Assembly: GCA_965220205.1 (NCBI GenBank)
Contig: OZ244812.1
Coordinates: 1,705,678 to 1,769,677, forward strand
DNA from: Dehalococcoidia bacterium
Lineage (GTDB): Bacteria > Chloroflexota > Dehalococcoidia > Lucifugimonadales > Australimonadaceae
DNA: 64,000 nucleotides
Reading direction: 5' to 3'
This document shows, one piece after another, positions 55,405 through 64,000 of this stretch (the first letter of the stretch is position 1; the number at the start of each line of letters is the position of its first letter). The position numbers and the translations under genes are program-made. The notes under the pieces were generated by a model, which saw only the letters and a list, made by a program, of their open reading frames with translations, did not search any database and was not told the origin of the DNA.

Positions 55405-56174
55405 CGCTGCGCCTGCTGTCCTGGAACGTCAACGGGCTCCGCTCGATCCACCGTCACAGCAACTTCCTCGACTGGTTTCGCGCCGATTCGCCGGACATCC
55501 TCTGCCTGCAGGAGACAAAATCGCTGGCGGAGCAGCTGCCGCCCGAGCTGCGGCGGGTCGAGGGCTATCACGCCTACTTCGCCTCCGCCGAGCGCAAGGG
55601 GTACAGCGGCGTCGCCATCTACACCAAGGAGGAGCCCGTCGACGTGATCGCGGGTCTGGGCGTTCCCGAGTTCGACGTCGAGGGGCGCGTCCTCATCGCG
55701 GAGTACCCGAGCTTCGTCCTGATGAACATCTACTACCCCAACGGGAAGATGTCGGATGAGCGTCTCGCGTACAAGATGCGCTTCTACGACGCGTTCCTCG
55801 AGTTCGCCGACGGACTGTCGGCGGCGGGGCAACGGGTTGTCGTCTGCGGCGACGTCAACACGGCGCACCGCGAAATCGATATCGCGCGGCCGAAGGAGAA
55901 TGCGAAGATATCGGGCTTCCTGCCCGAGGAGCGGGCGTGGATCGACACCTTCCTCGCGCACGGCTACGTCGACACGTTCCGCATGTTCGACGACCGCGCG
56001 GAGCAATACTCGTACTGGGACGTGAAGAGCCGGGCCCGCGAGCGGAACGTCGGGTGGCGCATCGACTACTTCTTCGTCAACCGCGACTTCCGCGAGAGCG
56101 TCAAGGGAGCCTGGATCATGCCGGAGGCGCCAGGGTCCGACCACTGCCCCGTCGGGATCGAGCTCGACGTCTAG
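55401..56174 (+). CDS. xthA: Exodeoxyribonuclease III
   Basis: The ATG overlaps the gpm[50 protein letters not shown]. Confidence 0.9.
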   Translation: MTLRLLSWNVNGLRSIHRHSNFLDWFRADSPDILCLQETKSLAEQLPPELRRVEGYHAYFASAERKGYSGVAIYTKEEPVDVIAGLGVPEFDVEGRVLIAEYPSFVLMNIYYPNGKMSDERLAYKMRFYDAFLEFADGLSAAGQRVVVCGDVNTAHREIDIARPKENAKISGFLPEERAWIDTFLAHGYVDTFRMFDDRAEQYSYWDVKSRARERNVGWRIDYFFVNRDFRESVKGAWIMPEAPGSDHCPVGIELDV

Positions 56175-56186
56175 CGTCACTCGTCC

Positions 56187-56528
56187 CTAGTGATGGTGAG
56201 CGTCGTGGTCGTGGTCGTGGTCGTGATCGTCGTCGTCCCGCTCGCCACGGCGGTACTCCTCTGTCCTCGCGCCAAGCTCCTCGGCGGTGACGAAGCCCTT
56301 GGCGATGAGCAGCTGCTCGAGGGACGCGAGCCACCGCTCGTAGTAGGTCGACTCGACGCCATCCCGGTCTGCGGCCGCGGTCTCATCGACCAGACGGTCG
56401 ACGAACTCCCGCCATTCGTAGCGGTTGTCCTCGCTCAGGCGCACTGCGACGCCAAAGGCGCGGCCTTCCCACGGCGCCTCGAAGACGAGCTCGCCGTTGC
56501 TGCGCGGCAGCGCCTGGACGCCTTCCAT
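56187..56528 (-). CDS. Nitrile hydratase accessory (activator) protein with a His/Asp-rich tail
   Basis: ATG 56528. LPRSNGELVFEAPWEGRAFGVAVRL...YYERWLASLEQLL matches the NHase accessory-protein pattern. The C-terminus is DDDDHDHDHDHDAHHH. Confidence 0.75.
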   Translation of the reverse strand: MEGVQALPRSNGELVFEAPWEGRAFGVAVRLSEDNRYEWREFVDRLVDETAAADRDGVESTYYERWLASLEQLLIAKGFVTAEELGARTEEYRRGERDDDDHDHDHDHDAHHH

Positions 56529-56571
56529 GTTGGAGATCTGACGGTCGGTCTCCCAGCTCACGGCAGCCCTC

Positions 56572-57195
56572 CTACCCCACGCCGGCGGGCGCGGCGGCCT
56601 TCGCAACGCCGACCATCGCGTCGCGCGACACCAGCGGAACCAGCTCCGCTTCGCTCAGGCGCTCGGTCCCCGCGGGCCGCTCCGGCAGCACCATATAGCG
56701 CACCTCTGCGGTACTGTCCCACACACGTACCTCGACCTCATCGCCCAGCCGCAACCCGAACTCCTCGAGCACGGCCCTCGGCTCGATGACAGCCCGGGAA
56801 CGGTACGCGGCTGATTTGTACCACGTGGGCGGCAGGCCCAAGATGGGCCAGGGATAGCAGGAGCAAAGCGTGCAGACCACCATGTTGTGCAGCGACGGCG
56901 TGTTCTCCAGCACGATGATCTGCGCGCCTTCGCTGCCCTTGAAACCCATGTCAGCTATCGCGGCCGTGCCGTCCGCGAGCAACCAACGCCGGTAATCCGG
57001 GTCCGTCCACGCGCGCGCCACGACCCTCGCTCCATTCAGCGGACCGATGTCCTGCTCGTAGGTCCGAACGATCTCGTCGACCGCGTCCGTGGAGATCACG
57101 CCCTTCTCGATGAGAAGCGACTCGAGCGCCTTGGTGCGGAGCGCTGCGTAGGACTCCGGTTCCGGGTGATGGACCGGCTCGTGGCTGCTGCTCAT
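56572..57195 (-). CDS. nthA: Nitrile hydratase alpha subunit (cobalt type)
   Basis: ATG 57195 behind GGAGGGAG. The metal-binding claw [10 protein letters not shown] has Thr at the position diagnostic for Co-type enzymes. Confidence 0.92.
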   Translation of the reverse strand: MSSSHEPVHHPEPESYAALRTKALESLLIEKGVISTDAVDEIVRTYEQDIGPLNGARVVARAWTDPDYRRWLLADGTAAIADMGFKGSEGAQIIVLENTPSLHNMVVCTLCSCYPWPILGLPPTWYKSAAYRSRAVIEPRAVLEEFGLRLGDEVEVRVWDSTAEVRYMVLPERPAGTERLSEAELVPLVSRDAMVGVAKAAAPAGVG

Positions 57196-57220
57196 ACTGC
57201 TCCCTCCGCCGCTCGACCGG

Positions 57221-57877
57221 TTAGACCGGATCGAGGTAGCTTTCCCACATGTCGATGAAGACGCTCTGGTTGGCCTCTGCCTGTTCTCCCCAAAGCTCCG
57301 CCGCGTCGAACCGCACGTTGTACACAGGTTGCGGTCCCGCGAGAGCTGCGGGCGCCTCGTCCTGGAAATCGTGGACGCCGTGGTAGAGCGCGACGACGCC
57401 CCGTTTGCCCCGTGCGTAGCGAGGAAGGCGCGTATGACCAATCGGATGGATGTTGCGTACGCGCACGCCGTCCCCGACGGCGAACGCGGGCTCGATGCCG
57501 ACGTCACGCCGGGGCCATTGAATCGCCATGATCGAGCCGGCGGCGCGCGCCTTCATCTCGGGGTCGTCGCGGACGGTGACAGTCGCCCCGGGGTCGTCGG
57601 CGAACAGCGCCGCCTTCTCGTCGAGTTCCTCTCGCGTAAGGACACCGCCCGCTACTAGCGTGTCGAGTGTCGACCGCAGCCACCGCTCGTAGTAGCTCAC
57701 GCTGAGATACACTGCCGGGTCCAGCCGCTCGATAGCGGGCCGCATCGGTCCCGTCCGCAGCAAACGACGCATGGCGTAGAGGCGGCCCTCCCACGCCTCG
57801 TGGAAGACAGGCTCGTTCTCTTCGCGCACGACGGGGCCGAACCCATGCATGCCGCCCATATCGTGGACGCCGTTCAT
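57221..57877 (-). CDS. nthB: Nitrile hydratase beta subunit
   Basis: [16 protein letters not shown]...[11 protein letters not shown] is the canonical NHase beta N-terminus. 218 aa. Confidence 0.9.
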   Translation of the reverse strand: MNGVHDMGGMHGFGPVVREENEPVFHEAWEGRLYAMRRLLRTGPMRPAIERLDPAVYLSVSYYERWLRSTLDTLVAGGVLTREELDEKAALFADDPGATVTVRDDPEMKARAAGSIMAIQWPRRDVGIEPAFAVGDGVRVRNIHPIGHTRLPRYARGKRGVVALYHGVHDFQDEAPAALAGPQPVYNVRFDAAELWGEQAEANQSVFIDMWESYLDPV

Positions 57878-57909
57878 GCCACGCGGCTCTCTCCTCGCGT
57901 GCCCTAGGG

Positions 57910-59079
57910 CTACTTCCGTTGGGCGTTGGCGGCGGCTGTGCTCCCGCCGGTGCGCTGCCAGAAGTCCTCATCGATGTTGGTGTTGATCATGGCGTGATCG
58001 GGGTCTCGCTGGACGCCCATCGGGTCATCGCCCCGCTGCACCCGCTCGATCTGCTCCTTCATCACCCGCCGGAGCAGCACAACGCCGCGGTCGGAGTAGC
58101 TCAGGTGCTCGATCCCGCGATTCGCGATGGGGCCCTGCGTCTCCCACGCCATGTGGTCCTGCGGGATGACGTGTTGGAGCTGGAACTTGGCCTCCGGGTA
58201 CAGCTTGTCGGCCGGCAGCTTGTAGGCCTCCATGATCTCGACGGCCGGGTCGAACGCGTCGGGCGGCTCGGAGCCGTCCCCGGTGACGCGGAAGTTCACG
58301 TGGATGTGCATCGTGTGCTCGTCGTCGATGGGGGTGCGGAACTGGGTGCTCTGCCCCTGGCGCAGGATCGACGGGAAGCAGACGGGGTGCTCGTCGATGG
58401 AGCCGTTCTTGTAGGTCCGCTTCTTCATCAGGCCGTAGTCGGTCGTGTAGAACTCGAAACCCTCGACGTCGTCGGTGTACCCACGGGTGGTGCTGACGGG
58501 CTGACGTCCGCCGCCGATGAACTCCTGGTGCAGCACCTGGAGGTGCGCCGGGTCCATGGAGTTCTCCATGGCCTGGAACCAGTTGCAGTCGAGCACCGGG
58601 TGCACGCGGATGCTGCGGTGGCCGTCCTTGCGGAACAGCGTGTCGTAGCGGGTCATGGGCGGGACGGGCTGCGGGCCCATGTAGGCCCAGACCAGGCCGA
58701 TGTAGACCTGAACGGGATACGCCTTCTGCTTGACGCTGCGCATGATGGCGTCGTTCCGCTCGGGCGGGGTCTCGAGGATGTTGCCCTCGCAGTCGTACAG
58801 CCATCCATGGTAGGCGCACGCGATGCCGCGCTCCTCGACGCGCCCGTAGACGAGCGACGCGCTGCGGTGCGAGCAGTGGTCGGCGAGCAGGCCGGTGCGG
58901 CCCGACTTGTCGCGGAACAGGACGAGGTCTTCGCCAAGCACACGGACGAACTTGGTGGGAGTCTCGTCGCTGAGGTCTCTCGCGAGGGCGATGGGGTGCC
59001 AGTAGCGGCGGAGCAACTCACCCGCCGGAGTGCCGGGGCCGACTCTGGTCAGCAACTCGTTCTCTTCCCGTGTCAGCAT
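57910..59079 (-). CDS. Rieske [2Fe-2S] non-heme iron oxygenase, alpha-subunit-only type (paralog 2)
   Basis: ATG 59079 behind GAGAGGTGG. CSHRSASLVYGRVEERGIACAYHGWLYD Rieske motif. N-terminus ENELLTRVGPGTPAGELLRRYWHPIA is paralogous to the CDS at 8513-9820. Confidence 0.88.
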   Translation of the reverse strand: MLTREENELLTRVGPGTPAGELLRRYWHPIALARDLSDETPTKFVRVLGEDLVLFRDKSGRTGLLADHCSHRSASLVYGRVEERGIACAYHGWLYDCEGNILETPPERNDAIMRSVKQKAYPVQVYIGLVWAYMGPQPVPPMTRYDTLFRKDGHRSIRVHPVLDCNWFQAMENSMDPAHLQVLHQEFIGGGRQPVSTTRGYTDDVEGFEFYTTDYGLMKKRTYKNGSIDEHPVCFPSILRQGQSTQFRTPIDDEHTMHIHVNFRVTGDGSEPPDAFDPAVEIMEAYKLPADKLYPEAKFQLQHVIPQDHMAWETQGPIANRGIEHLSYSDRGVVLLRRVMKEQIERVQRGDDPMGVQRDPDHAMINTNIDEDFWQRTGGSTAAANAQRK

Positions 59080-59251
59080 GGGCCACCTCTCGGCGTAACG
59101 CCGTGGATTCCGCCGCCAAGGGCCCCTGGGGCCCCGCAGCTTGCGGCCCCAAGTATAGCGCGCCGCCGCCGCGCCGTCCTTTCCGCTATCATGCGTTCGG
59201 CGCGGGGACCGCCCGCGCGCGAGAGCACACCCATCCGGAGGAACGAACCCC

Positions 59252-60232
59252 ATGGAATACCGCAAGCTCGGCACGTCCGACCTGCACGTCTCGACCATCG
59301 GCCTCGGCACGAACAACTTCGGCAACCCCAGCCGCATCCCGGACCCGGCTGTGAGCGCCCGCGTCATTCACCAATGCCTCGACGTCGGAATCAACTTCAT
59401 CGACACCTCGAACAACTACGGCCAGGGCAAGAGCGAGGTCCACATCGGCGAGGCGCTCAAGGGCCGGCGGGATGAAGCCATCATCGCCACCAAGTTCAAC
59501 CTCAACCGGCTCGAGGGCGAGTCGATTCCCGACCGCATCAACCGTTGTGTCGACGAGAGCCTCGGCAAGCTCCAGACGGACCACATCGACCTCTACCAGA
59601 TCCACTGGCCCGTACGGAGCCTGCCGCACGAGGAGGTACTGGGCCCGCTCAACGACCTCGTGCAGGCGGGGAAGGTGCGTTACATCGGCGAGTGCAACTA
59701 CTCTAGCGGACGCCACGCCCAGTCCGACGCCGTCTCCGAGCGCAACGGGTGGCCCGCAATGGTCTCCGCCCAGAACTACTACCACTTGTTCCGCCGTCAG
59801 ATAGAGCTCGAGCTGCTCCCCTTCTGCACGGAGAACGACATCGGCGTGCTGCCCTACTACCCCCTGGCGGGCGGTTGGCTGACCGGCAAGTACAAGGCCA
59901 GCGACACGGCGCCCGACGGCTCCCGGCGCATGGTCGGTCAACTCCAGGGCGACGACCGGGCGCGCGACACGCTGGCCAAGCTCGACGCCTTCGCGGCTGA
60001 GCGCGGCCACACCATGCTCGATCTCGCGTTCTCCTGGCTGCTGGCGCACCCGGCCGTCAGCTCCGTCATCGCCGGGGCCATGACGCCCGAACAGGTGCAG
60101 GCGAACGCCGCCGCCGGCGGCTGGGCGATGACCGAAGAGGAGCGCGACGCCATCGACGACATCGCCTCGTGGGACGGGGACGGCGAAGATGTCGAGGGAT
60201 TCGGCGCGGGCGGCTCCAAGATCATCCGCTAG
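59252..60232 (+). CDS. Aldo/keto reductase
   Basis: 326 aa. MEYRKLGTSDLHVSTIGLGT, FIDTSNNYG, DLYQIHWP, C-terminal VIAGAMTPEQV. Confidence 0.9.
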   Translation: MEYRKLGTSDLHVSTIGLGTNNFGNPSRIPDPAVSARVIHQCLDVGINFIDTSNNYGQGKSEVHIGEALKGRRDEAIIATKFNLNRLEGESIPDRINRCVDESLGKLQTDHIDLYQIHWPVRSLPHEEVLGPLNDLVQAGKVRYIGECNYSSGRHAQSDAVSERNGWPAMVSAQNYYHLFRRQIELELLPFCTENDIGVLPYYPLAGGWLTGKYKASDTAPDGSRRMVGQLQGDDRARDTLAKLDAFAAERGHTMLDLAFSWLLAHPAVSSVIAGAMTPEQVQANAAAGGWAMTEEERDAIDDIASWDGDGEDVEGFGAGGSKIIR

Positions 60233-60294
60233 CCTGCCTACATCCCAAGATTGGCGGCGGCAGCCGTCCGCCGTGGGGCCGGAGCTAGGCCGGA

Positions 60295-61071
60295 TTACGG
60301 CGGTCCCCCCCCCCCCCCCGCGGTTGCTGGCGCAGCGGCTGCGGGCTCGACGCCCCCGTCGTCGGCGCGCTCGTTTGGCGCGGTTCCCGGCTGGGCTCGT
60401 GCGATGACGACCGCCGCGACGAGGAACACGGTCGAACCGACCAGCTCCGAGGACTCCTCGAGCCAGATCGCCGCGCCGAACCAGAACCGGTGCTCGATGA
60501 GGAATGTCATCTCCACGAACTCGGTGACGAGCGCCAGCGCCCAGATAGCCAACGTGGCGAGTCCCAGCGGGAACGCAGGCGCGGCGCGGCGTCGTTCCTG
60601 GAAGACCAACGCCAGTACCAGCAGCGCGATCGCAACGAAGAGCGGGGCGAACAGCGCCTCCCAGAGCGCGGGCGTGATCTCGTAGTGCAGCATCCGGTCG
60701 TAGACGCCGAGACGCTGGAAGACGGCGCGCGAGGCGCGCTCGTGCAGTTCGAGCGCCTCGTCCATCGACATGTACGCGAACGCAACGCCCAACGCAGCCC
60801 ACAGCGGCAGCCGCTCAATCTCGCCGCGTCCCTGCCGCCGGGCGCGCCAGCCGCGGGCGGCCACCGCGAACAGCACGGCTGCCGAAGCAGCGAGCACGCC
60901 GCTGTGAAGGAACGTCGGAAACTCGCCCTCCTGACCTAGCTGAAGCGCCGGGGGCACTGGCGGGATGTTGACGACAATCAGGACCGCCTCGAGCGCGAAG
61001 AGGGCGGCGAAGGCGCGGAAGAGCGTCTCGCCGAGACGGGACCGGAGCGTCGCCAGGACTGATGCGAGCAT
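60295..61071 (-). CDS. Hypothetical polytopic membrane protein
   Basis: ATG 61071 (MLASVLATLRSRLGETLF...). Six or more hydrophobic helices. The rest of the 448-aa tracked ORF runs antisense through tRNA-Gly and era and is rejected. Confidence 0.55.
   Translation of the reverse strand: MLASVLATLRSRLGETLFRAFAALFALEAVLIVVNIPPVPPALQLGQEGEFPTFLHSGVLAASAAVLFAVAARGWRARRQGRGEIERLPLWAALGVAFAYMSMDEALELHERASRAVFQRLGVYDRMLHYEITPALWEALFAPLFVAIALLVLALVFQERRRAAPAFPLGLATLAIWALALVTEFVEMTFLIEHRFWFGAAIWLEESSELVGSTVFLVAAVVIARAQPGTAPNERADDGGVEPAAAAPATAGGGGGPP
60305..60319. repeat. C15 homopolymer (G15 on the coding strand)
   Basis: 15 consecutive C on the plus strand. On the minus strand it encodes the GGGGG run 3 codons before the stop of the membrane protein. 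Confidence 0.95.
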
Positions 61072-61142
61072 GGCGCCAAGCCTACCACCCGCGCGTCCCC
61101 TATCGTCACGTCCGGCCCGCGCGCCACGCTCACGCCAACCGG

Positions 61143-61151
61143 TGATAGAAT
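61143..61151 (+). promoter_or_regulatory. Candidate extended -10 element upstream of tRNA-Gly
   Basis: TGATAGAAT (TGn plus TAGAAT) ends 10 nt before the tRNA 5-prime end. No good -35 element. Confidence 0.35.
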
Positions 61152-61161
61152 GAGGGGCGGC

Positions 61162-61236
61162 GCGGGCGTGACGCAGCGGTAGCGTACCTGCTTCCCAAGC
61201 AGGTTGTCGTGGGTTCGAATCCCATCGCCCGCTCCA
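61162..61236 (+). tRNA. tRNA-Gly (anticodon CCC), with encoded CCA
   Basis: Cloverleaf folded by hand: acceptor GCGGGCG/CGCCCGC, D stem ACGC/GCGT, anticodon stem CCTGC/GCAGG with loop TTCCCAA, T arm GTGGG-TTCGAAT-CCCAT, discriminator T, CCA. Confidence 0.93.
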
Positions 61237-61255
61237 GCGCGCTACACTAGCGGCG

Positions 61256-62158
61256 ATGGAGAACCACGTCTTCCCCGGTGATTTTCGCAGTGGCTTTGTC
61301 GCACTCGTAGGCCGCGCCAACGTCGGCAAGTCGACGCTGCTCAACGCCATGCTCGGCCAGAAACTGGCCATCGTCAGCCCCAAGCCGCACACGACGCGCC
61401 ACAAGCTCCTCGGCGTGCTCCACGGCGAGCAGTTCCAGGCCGCGCTTCTCGACACCCCCGGCTTCCTGCGCAAGGGGCGCGACCAGCTGGACGCCGCCAT
61501 GTCGCGCCAGCTTGCGTCAGCCCTCGGGGACGCCGACCTCGCTGTGCTCGTCGTCGAGCCCCGCCCTCCCGGCGACGTGGAGGAGCAGCTGATGGCCCAG
61601 CTTTCGGCGGCGCGGACGCCCGCCGTCCTGGCCATCAACAAGACCGACGAGGCGGCGAAGCAGAAGCTACTCCCAGTGATTCAGCGCTACAGCGAGGCGC
61701 ACAGCTTCTCCGACATCGTCCCGGTGTCAGCCCTGACCGGCGACGGCGTGGACGTTCTGCTCGCGCAGACGGCGGCCCACCTGCCGGCCCAAGAACCCAT
61801 CTTCTCCGCCGACGTGCTCACTGACCGGCCGCTGACCTTTCTCTGCTCCGAGATCATCCGCGAGAAGGTGTTCAACCTCTACGCCCAAGAGGTGCCCTAC
61901 GACGTCGCCGTCGAGATTGACTCCTATGAGGAACGCGACGGCGCCGAGCCCGACATGGTCCGCGCGATCGTGTACGTTGACAAGCAATCGCAGAAGCAGT
62001 TGCTCATCGGCCGCGCAGGCCAGGCGCTGAAGGAGGTCGGCGTGCAGGCGCGGGAAGAGATAGAGGGCATCGTCGAGAAGCGGGTTTACGTCGAGCTCTG
62101 GGTCAAGGTCAATCCCAAATGGCGGCGCAAGGCCGGGTTCATCCAACGCACGCTGTAG
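61256..62158 (+). CDS. era: GTPase Era
   Basis: 300 aa. G1 GRANVGKSTL, DTPG, NKTD, and a C-terminal KH domain (LIGRAGQALKEVG...VYVELWVKV). Confidence 0.92.
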   Translation: MENHVFPGDFRSGFVALVGRANVGKSTLLNAMLGQKLAIVSPKPHTTRHKLLGVLHGEQFQAALLDTPGFLRKGRDQLDAAMSRQLASALGDADLAVLVVEPRPPGDVEEQLMAQLSAARTPAVLAINKTDEAAKQKLLPVIQRYSEAHSFSDIVPVSALTGDGVDVLLAQTAAHLPAQEPIFSADVLTDRPLTFLCSEIIREKVFNLYAQEVPYDVAVEIDSYEERDGAEPDMVRAIVYVDKQSQKQLLIGRAGQALKEVGVQAREEIEGIVEKRVYVELWVKVNPKWRRKAGFIQRTL

Positions 62159-62178
62159 CCGGGCGGCAGATCCAGGGT

Positions 62179-62676
62179 CTATGGCTCCAGGCGATGCCAG
62201 GCGACCGCGGCTGCGACGCCGACCCCCGCGAGCACGAACGCGGCCCCGAGCGATAGCTCGAACAGGGCGAAGAGCAGATCGGGGAGCGTCGCAATCGCCA
62301 CGCCGCCCACGGCGATGTACTGGTACGTTCGCCCCCTGCGCCGGTTCACTGCGGCGCCGACGCCTTCGCCGATCAGATAGCCCAGTCCCATCATCACGAA
62401 CAGGTTGACGAACCCGATGGACGGCCCCACGAACCATCGGAGCGCCCCGAGCACGACCAACCCGGCCACGCCCAGCCCAGCCGCGGCGGCGGCGCCGCGG
62501 GCGATGTATCCCTTCGACACCCTGTACGTGGGGAGCCGAGCGGCGGACGCGCACTCCTTGCAGCGGATGCCCACCGGGTGCTGGCGTACGCACTCGACGC
62601 ATACGGGCTTCCCGCAGTTGCCGCATCGAAGCCCCGTCGCGCGGTCGGCGTGCCAGTGGCAAGTCGTAGTAGTCAC
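62179..62676 (-). CDS. B-box-type zinc-finger membrane protein
   Basis: GTG 62676, 2 nt after the plsY stop. CHWHADRATGLRCGNCGKPVCVECV...CKEC Cys/His cluster followed by hydrophobic helices. The start is uncertain. Confidence 0.6.
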   Translation of the reverse strand: MTTTTCHWHADRATGLRCGNCGKPVCVECVRQHPVGIRCKECASAARLPTYRVSKGYIARGAAAAAGLGVAGLVVLGALRWFVGPSIGFVNLFVMMGLGYLIGEGVGAAVNRRRGRTYQYIAVGGVAIATLPDLLFALFELSLGAAFVLAGVGVAAAVAWHRLEP

Positions 62677-62678
62677 GT

Positions 62679-63353
62679 CTACTCCGGGGCGGCTTGGCCG
62701 CGTCGCACCCACGCGTCGTGGTCCCGGATGTCCCGGTCGAACACGAGGCGGTTCCACAGCAGCGGGACCAAGCCCGAACCGGACGGATTGCGGCCATTGG
62801 ACGCCAGCCGCTTCACCACGGTCACGGCGAGAATACCCGTCATCAGCAGGACGGCCGGGGCCGGGCGCTCCCACCAGAGTGCAAGCAGCGGCAGCGACGC
62901 CATCCCAACCAACACCCATACCGCGGCGGCGTGCGTGACCCGCCATCCCGCCGTACCGATGATGATGAACACGCCCAACTCGAGCCGACCCAGCGCGACG
63001 AGCACGCCAACGATAGGCGCGACTCCCCGCCCGCCCCGGAACTTCAGGAAAACGGGCCAGTTGTGGCCTACCACCGCAAGCAGTCCCGCGCCCGCCTGCA
63101 CTCCCAGGTCGAGGCCGAGCGCCTGCGCCACGTACACCGGCGTCGTGCCCTTCACGAACAGGTCGAATATCCCGACCGGGAAGATCCAGCGCTTGCCAAC
63201 GTTGTACCAGACGTTGGAGCCGCCTACGGTGCCGCTGCCCACGTTCCTGAGGTCAACGCCCCTGACCAGCCTACCCACGACGTAGCCCGAGGGGACGGAC
63301 CCCAGCAGGTACGCGTAGGCGAGGGCCAGCGCAACCTTGACCGAATCATCCAT
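62679..63353 (-). CDS. plsY: Glycerol-3-phosphate acyltransferase PlsY
   Basis: ATG 63353. AYLLGSVPSGYVVGR and VGHNWPVFLKFRGGRGVA match PlsY motifs. 224 aa. The upstream part of the tracked ORF overlaps the PHP gene in another frame. Confidence 0.88.
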   Translation of the reverse strand: MDDSVKVALALAYAYLLGSVPSGYVVGRLVRGVDLRNVGSGTVGGSNVWYNVGKRWIFPVGIFDLFVKGTTPVYVAQALGLDLGVQAGAGLLAVVGHNWPVFLKFRGGRGVAPIVGVLVALGRLELGVFIIIGTAGWRVTHAAAVWVLVGMASLPLLALWWERPAPAVLLMTGILAVTVVKRLASNGRNPSGSGLVPLLWNRLVFDRDIRDHDAWVRRGQAAPE

Positions 63354-63369
63354 GGCGGCCTCGATGCGG

Positions 63370-64000
63370 CTAGGCTCCGGACCGCCGGGCGCGGGCGCGC
63401 CGCTCGAGCTCGTCGGCTGTCTCCGCGGGCGGTCCCGCGGTCCCCGGCAACGACTCCCCCTCGTGGCCCATGGCGTGGTAGTCGCTCCCACCGCATTGGA
63501 GCATCCCGTACCGGTCCGCCAGCTCCGCGAGGTCCCGCCGCTGCTCGGGAGAGAAATCGCCGTAGTGGACCTCGAACCCCTCGAAGCCCAAGTCGGCAAG
63601 ACCCGGCAGCACGTCCTGATAGCCAGGGATGAACAGCGGGTGCGCGAGCACCGCGACGCCGCCGGCGTCTCGGATGAGCTGGACCGACTCCCGCATGCTG
63701 ATGTGGCTGCGCCCGACGAACGCCGCTCCGCGGTCGTCCAACAGCCCGTTGAACGCGTCCCGGATCGTGGCGACGTACCCCCGTTCCACCAGCGCTTGCG
63801 CAATGTGCGGACGTCCGATGCCGGCTTCTCCCGCGATCTGTTGGACCCGCTCCCAGTCGACCGGGTACCCGATCTCGCCGAGCCGCTCCACCATCCGCTT
63901 CCCGCGCAACTCCCGGTCGCTCCGGAACGAGCGCAGTTTCTCGTTGAAGGCCGGGTCGTGCGGGTCGAAGAAGTAGCCGAGGACATGGACGTCGGACTGC
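63370..64000 (-). CDS. PHP-domain phosphoesterase (TrpH/YciV-like), N-terminus beyond the window edge
   Basis: The frame stays open to the window edge (..SDVHVLGYFFDPHDPAFNEKL..). GRPHIAQALVERGYV, AHP and GGSDYH motifs. Confidence 0.8.
   Translation of the reverse strand, partial: QSDVHVLGYFFDPHDPAFNEKLRSFRSDRELRGKRMVERLGEIGYPVDWERVQQIAGEAGIGRPHIAQALVERGYVATIRDAFNGLLDDRGAAFVGRSHISMRESVQLIRDAGGVAVLAHPLFIPGYQDVLPGLADLGFEGFEVHYGDFSPEQRRDLAELADRYGMLQCGGSDYHAMGHEGESLPGTAGPPAETADELERRARARRSGA

Overview
High-GC (about two-thirds G+C by eye) bacterial chromosomal segment, densely coding on both strands. Most long antisense ORFs in the six-frame track are GC-driven shadows. Monoderm-type markers are present (ClpC, a short 4-domain S1, priA-def linkage), but I cannot place the taxon more precisely from sequence alone. 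Core content in order: distal half of the complex I operon (nuoI-J-K, a small inserted ORF, nuoL-M-N); Rieske oxygenase; an ABC permease, binding protein and two tandem UbiD-family decarboxylases; ldhA; thiE; dienelactone hydrolase; a HAS-barrel protein with a HerA-like ATPase; leucine dehydrogenase; nfo; secDF; priA-def; rplS; pfkA; a stand-alone 5S rRNA gene; rpsA; clpC; an ABC-2 exporter; an 11-gene Mrp/Mbh-type antiporter-module cluster; ychF; hicAB; hemW; gpmA; xthA; a cobalt-type nitrile hydratase operon headed by a second Rieske oxygenase; tRNA-Gly(CCC); era; plsY. Items worth follow-up: (1) an AT-richer two-gene cassette after nuoN, pairing a tail-anchored coiled-coil protein with an Mrr-like nuclease-fold protein that carries a glycine-zipper membrane hairpin. 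I do not recognise this as a named system. (2) A 1.36-kb ORF-poor, repeat-dense island between secD and def, where fmt would be expected. (3) A 141-bp MITE-like element family with CTAG-ended inverted repeats, whose ends coincide with the stop codons of four genes. (4) A HerA-like ATPase coupled to a HAS-barrel-only partner, with no NurA or known effector. (5) An orphan 5S rRNA transcription unit. (6) Several perfect tandem repeats and a C15 homopolymer. All functional calls rest on motif and family recognition by eye. No database search was run.
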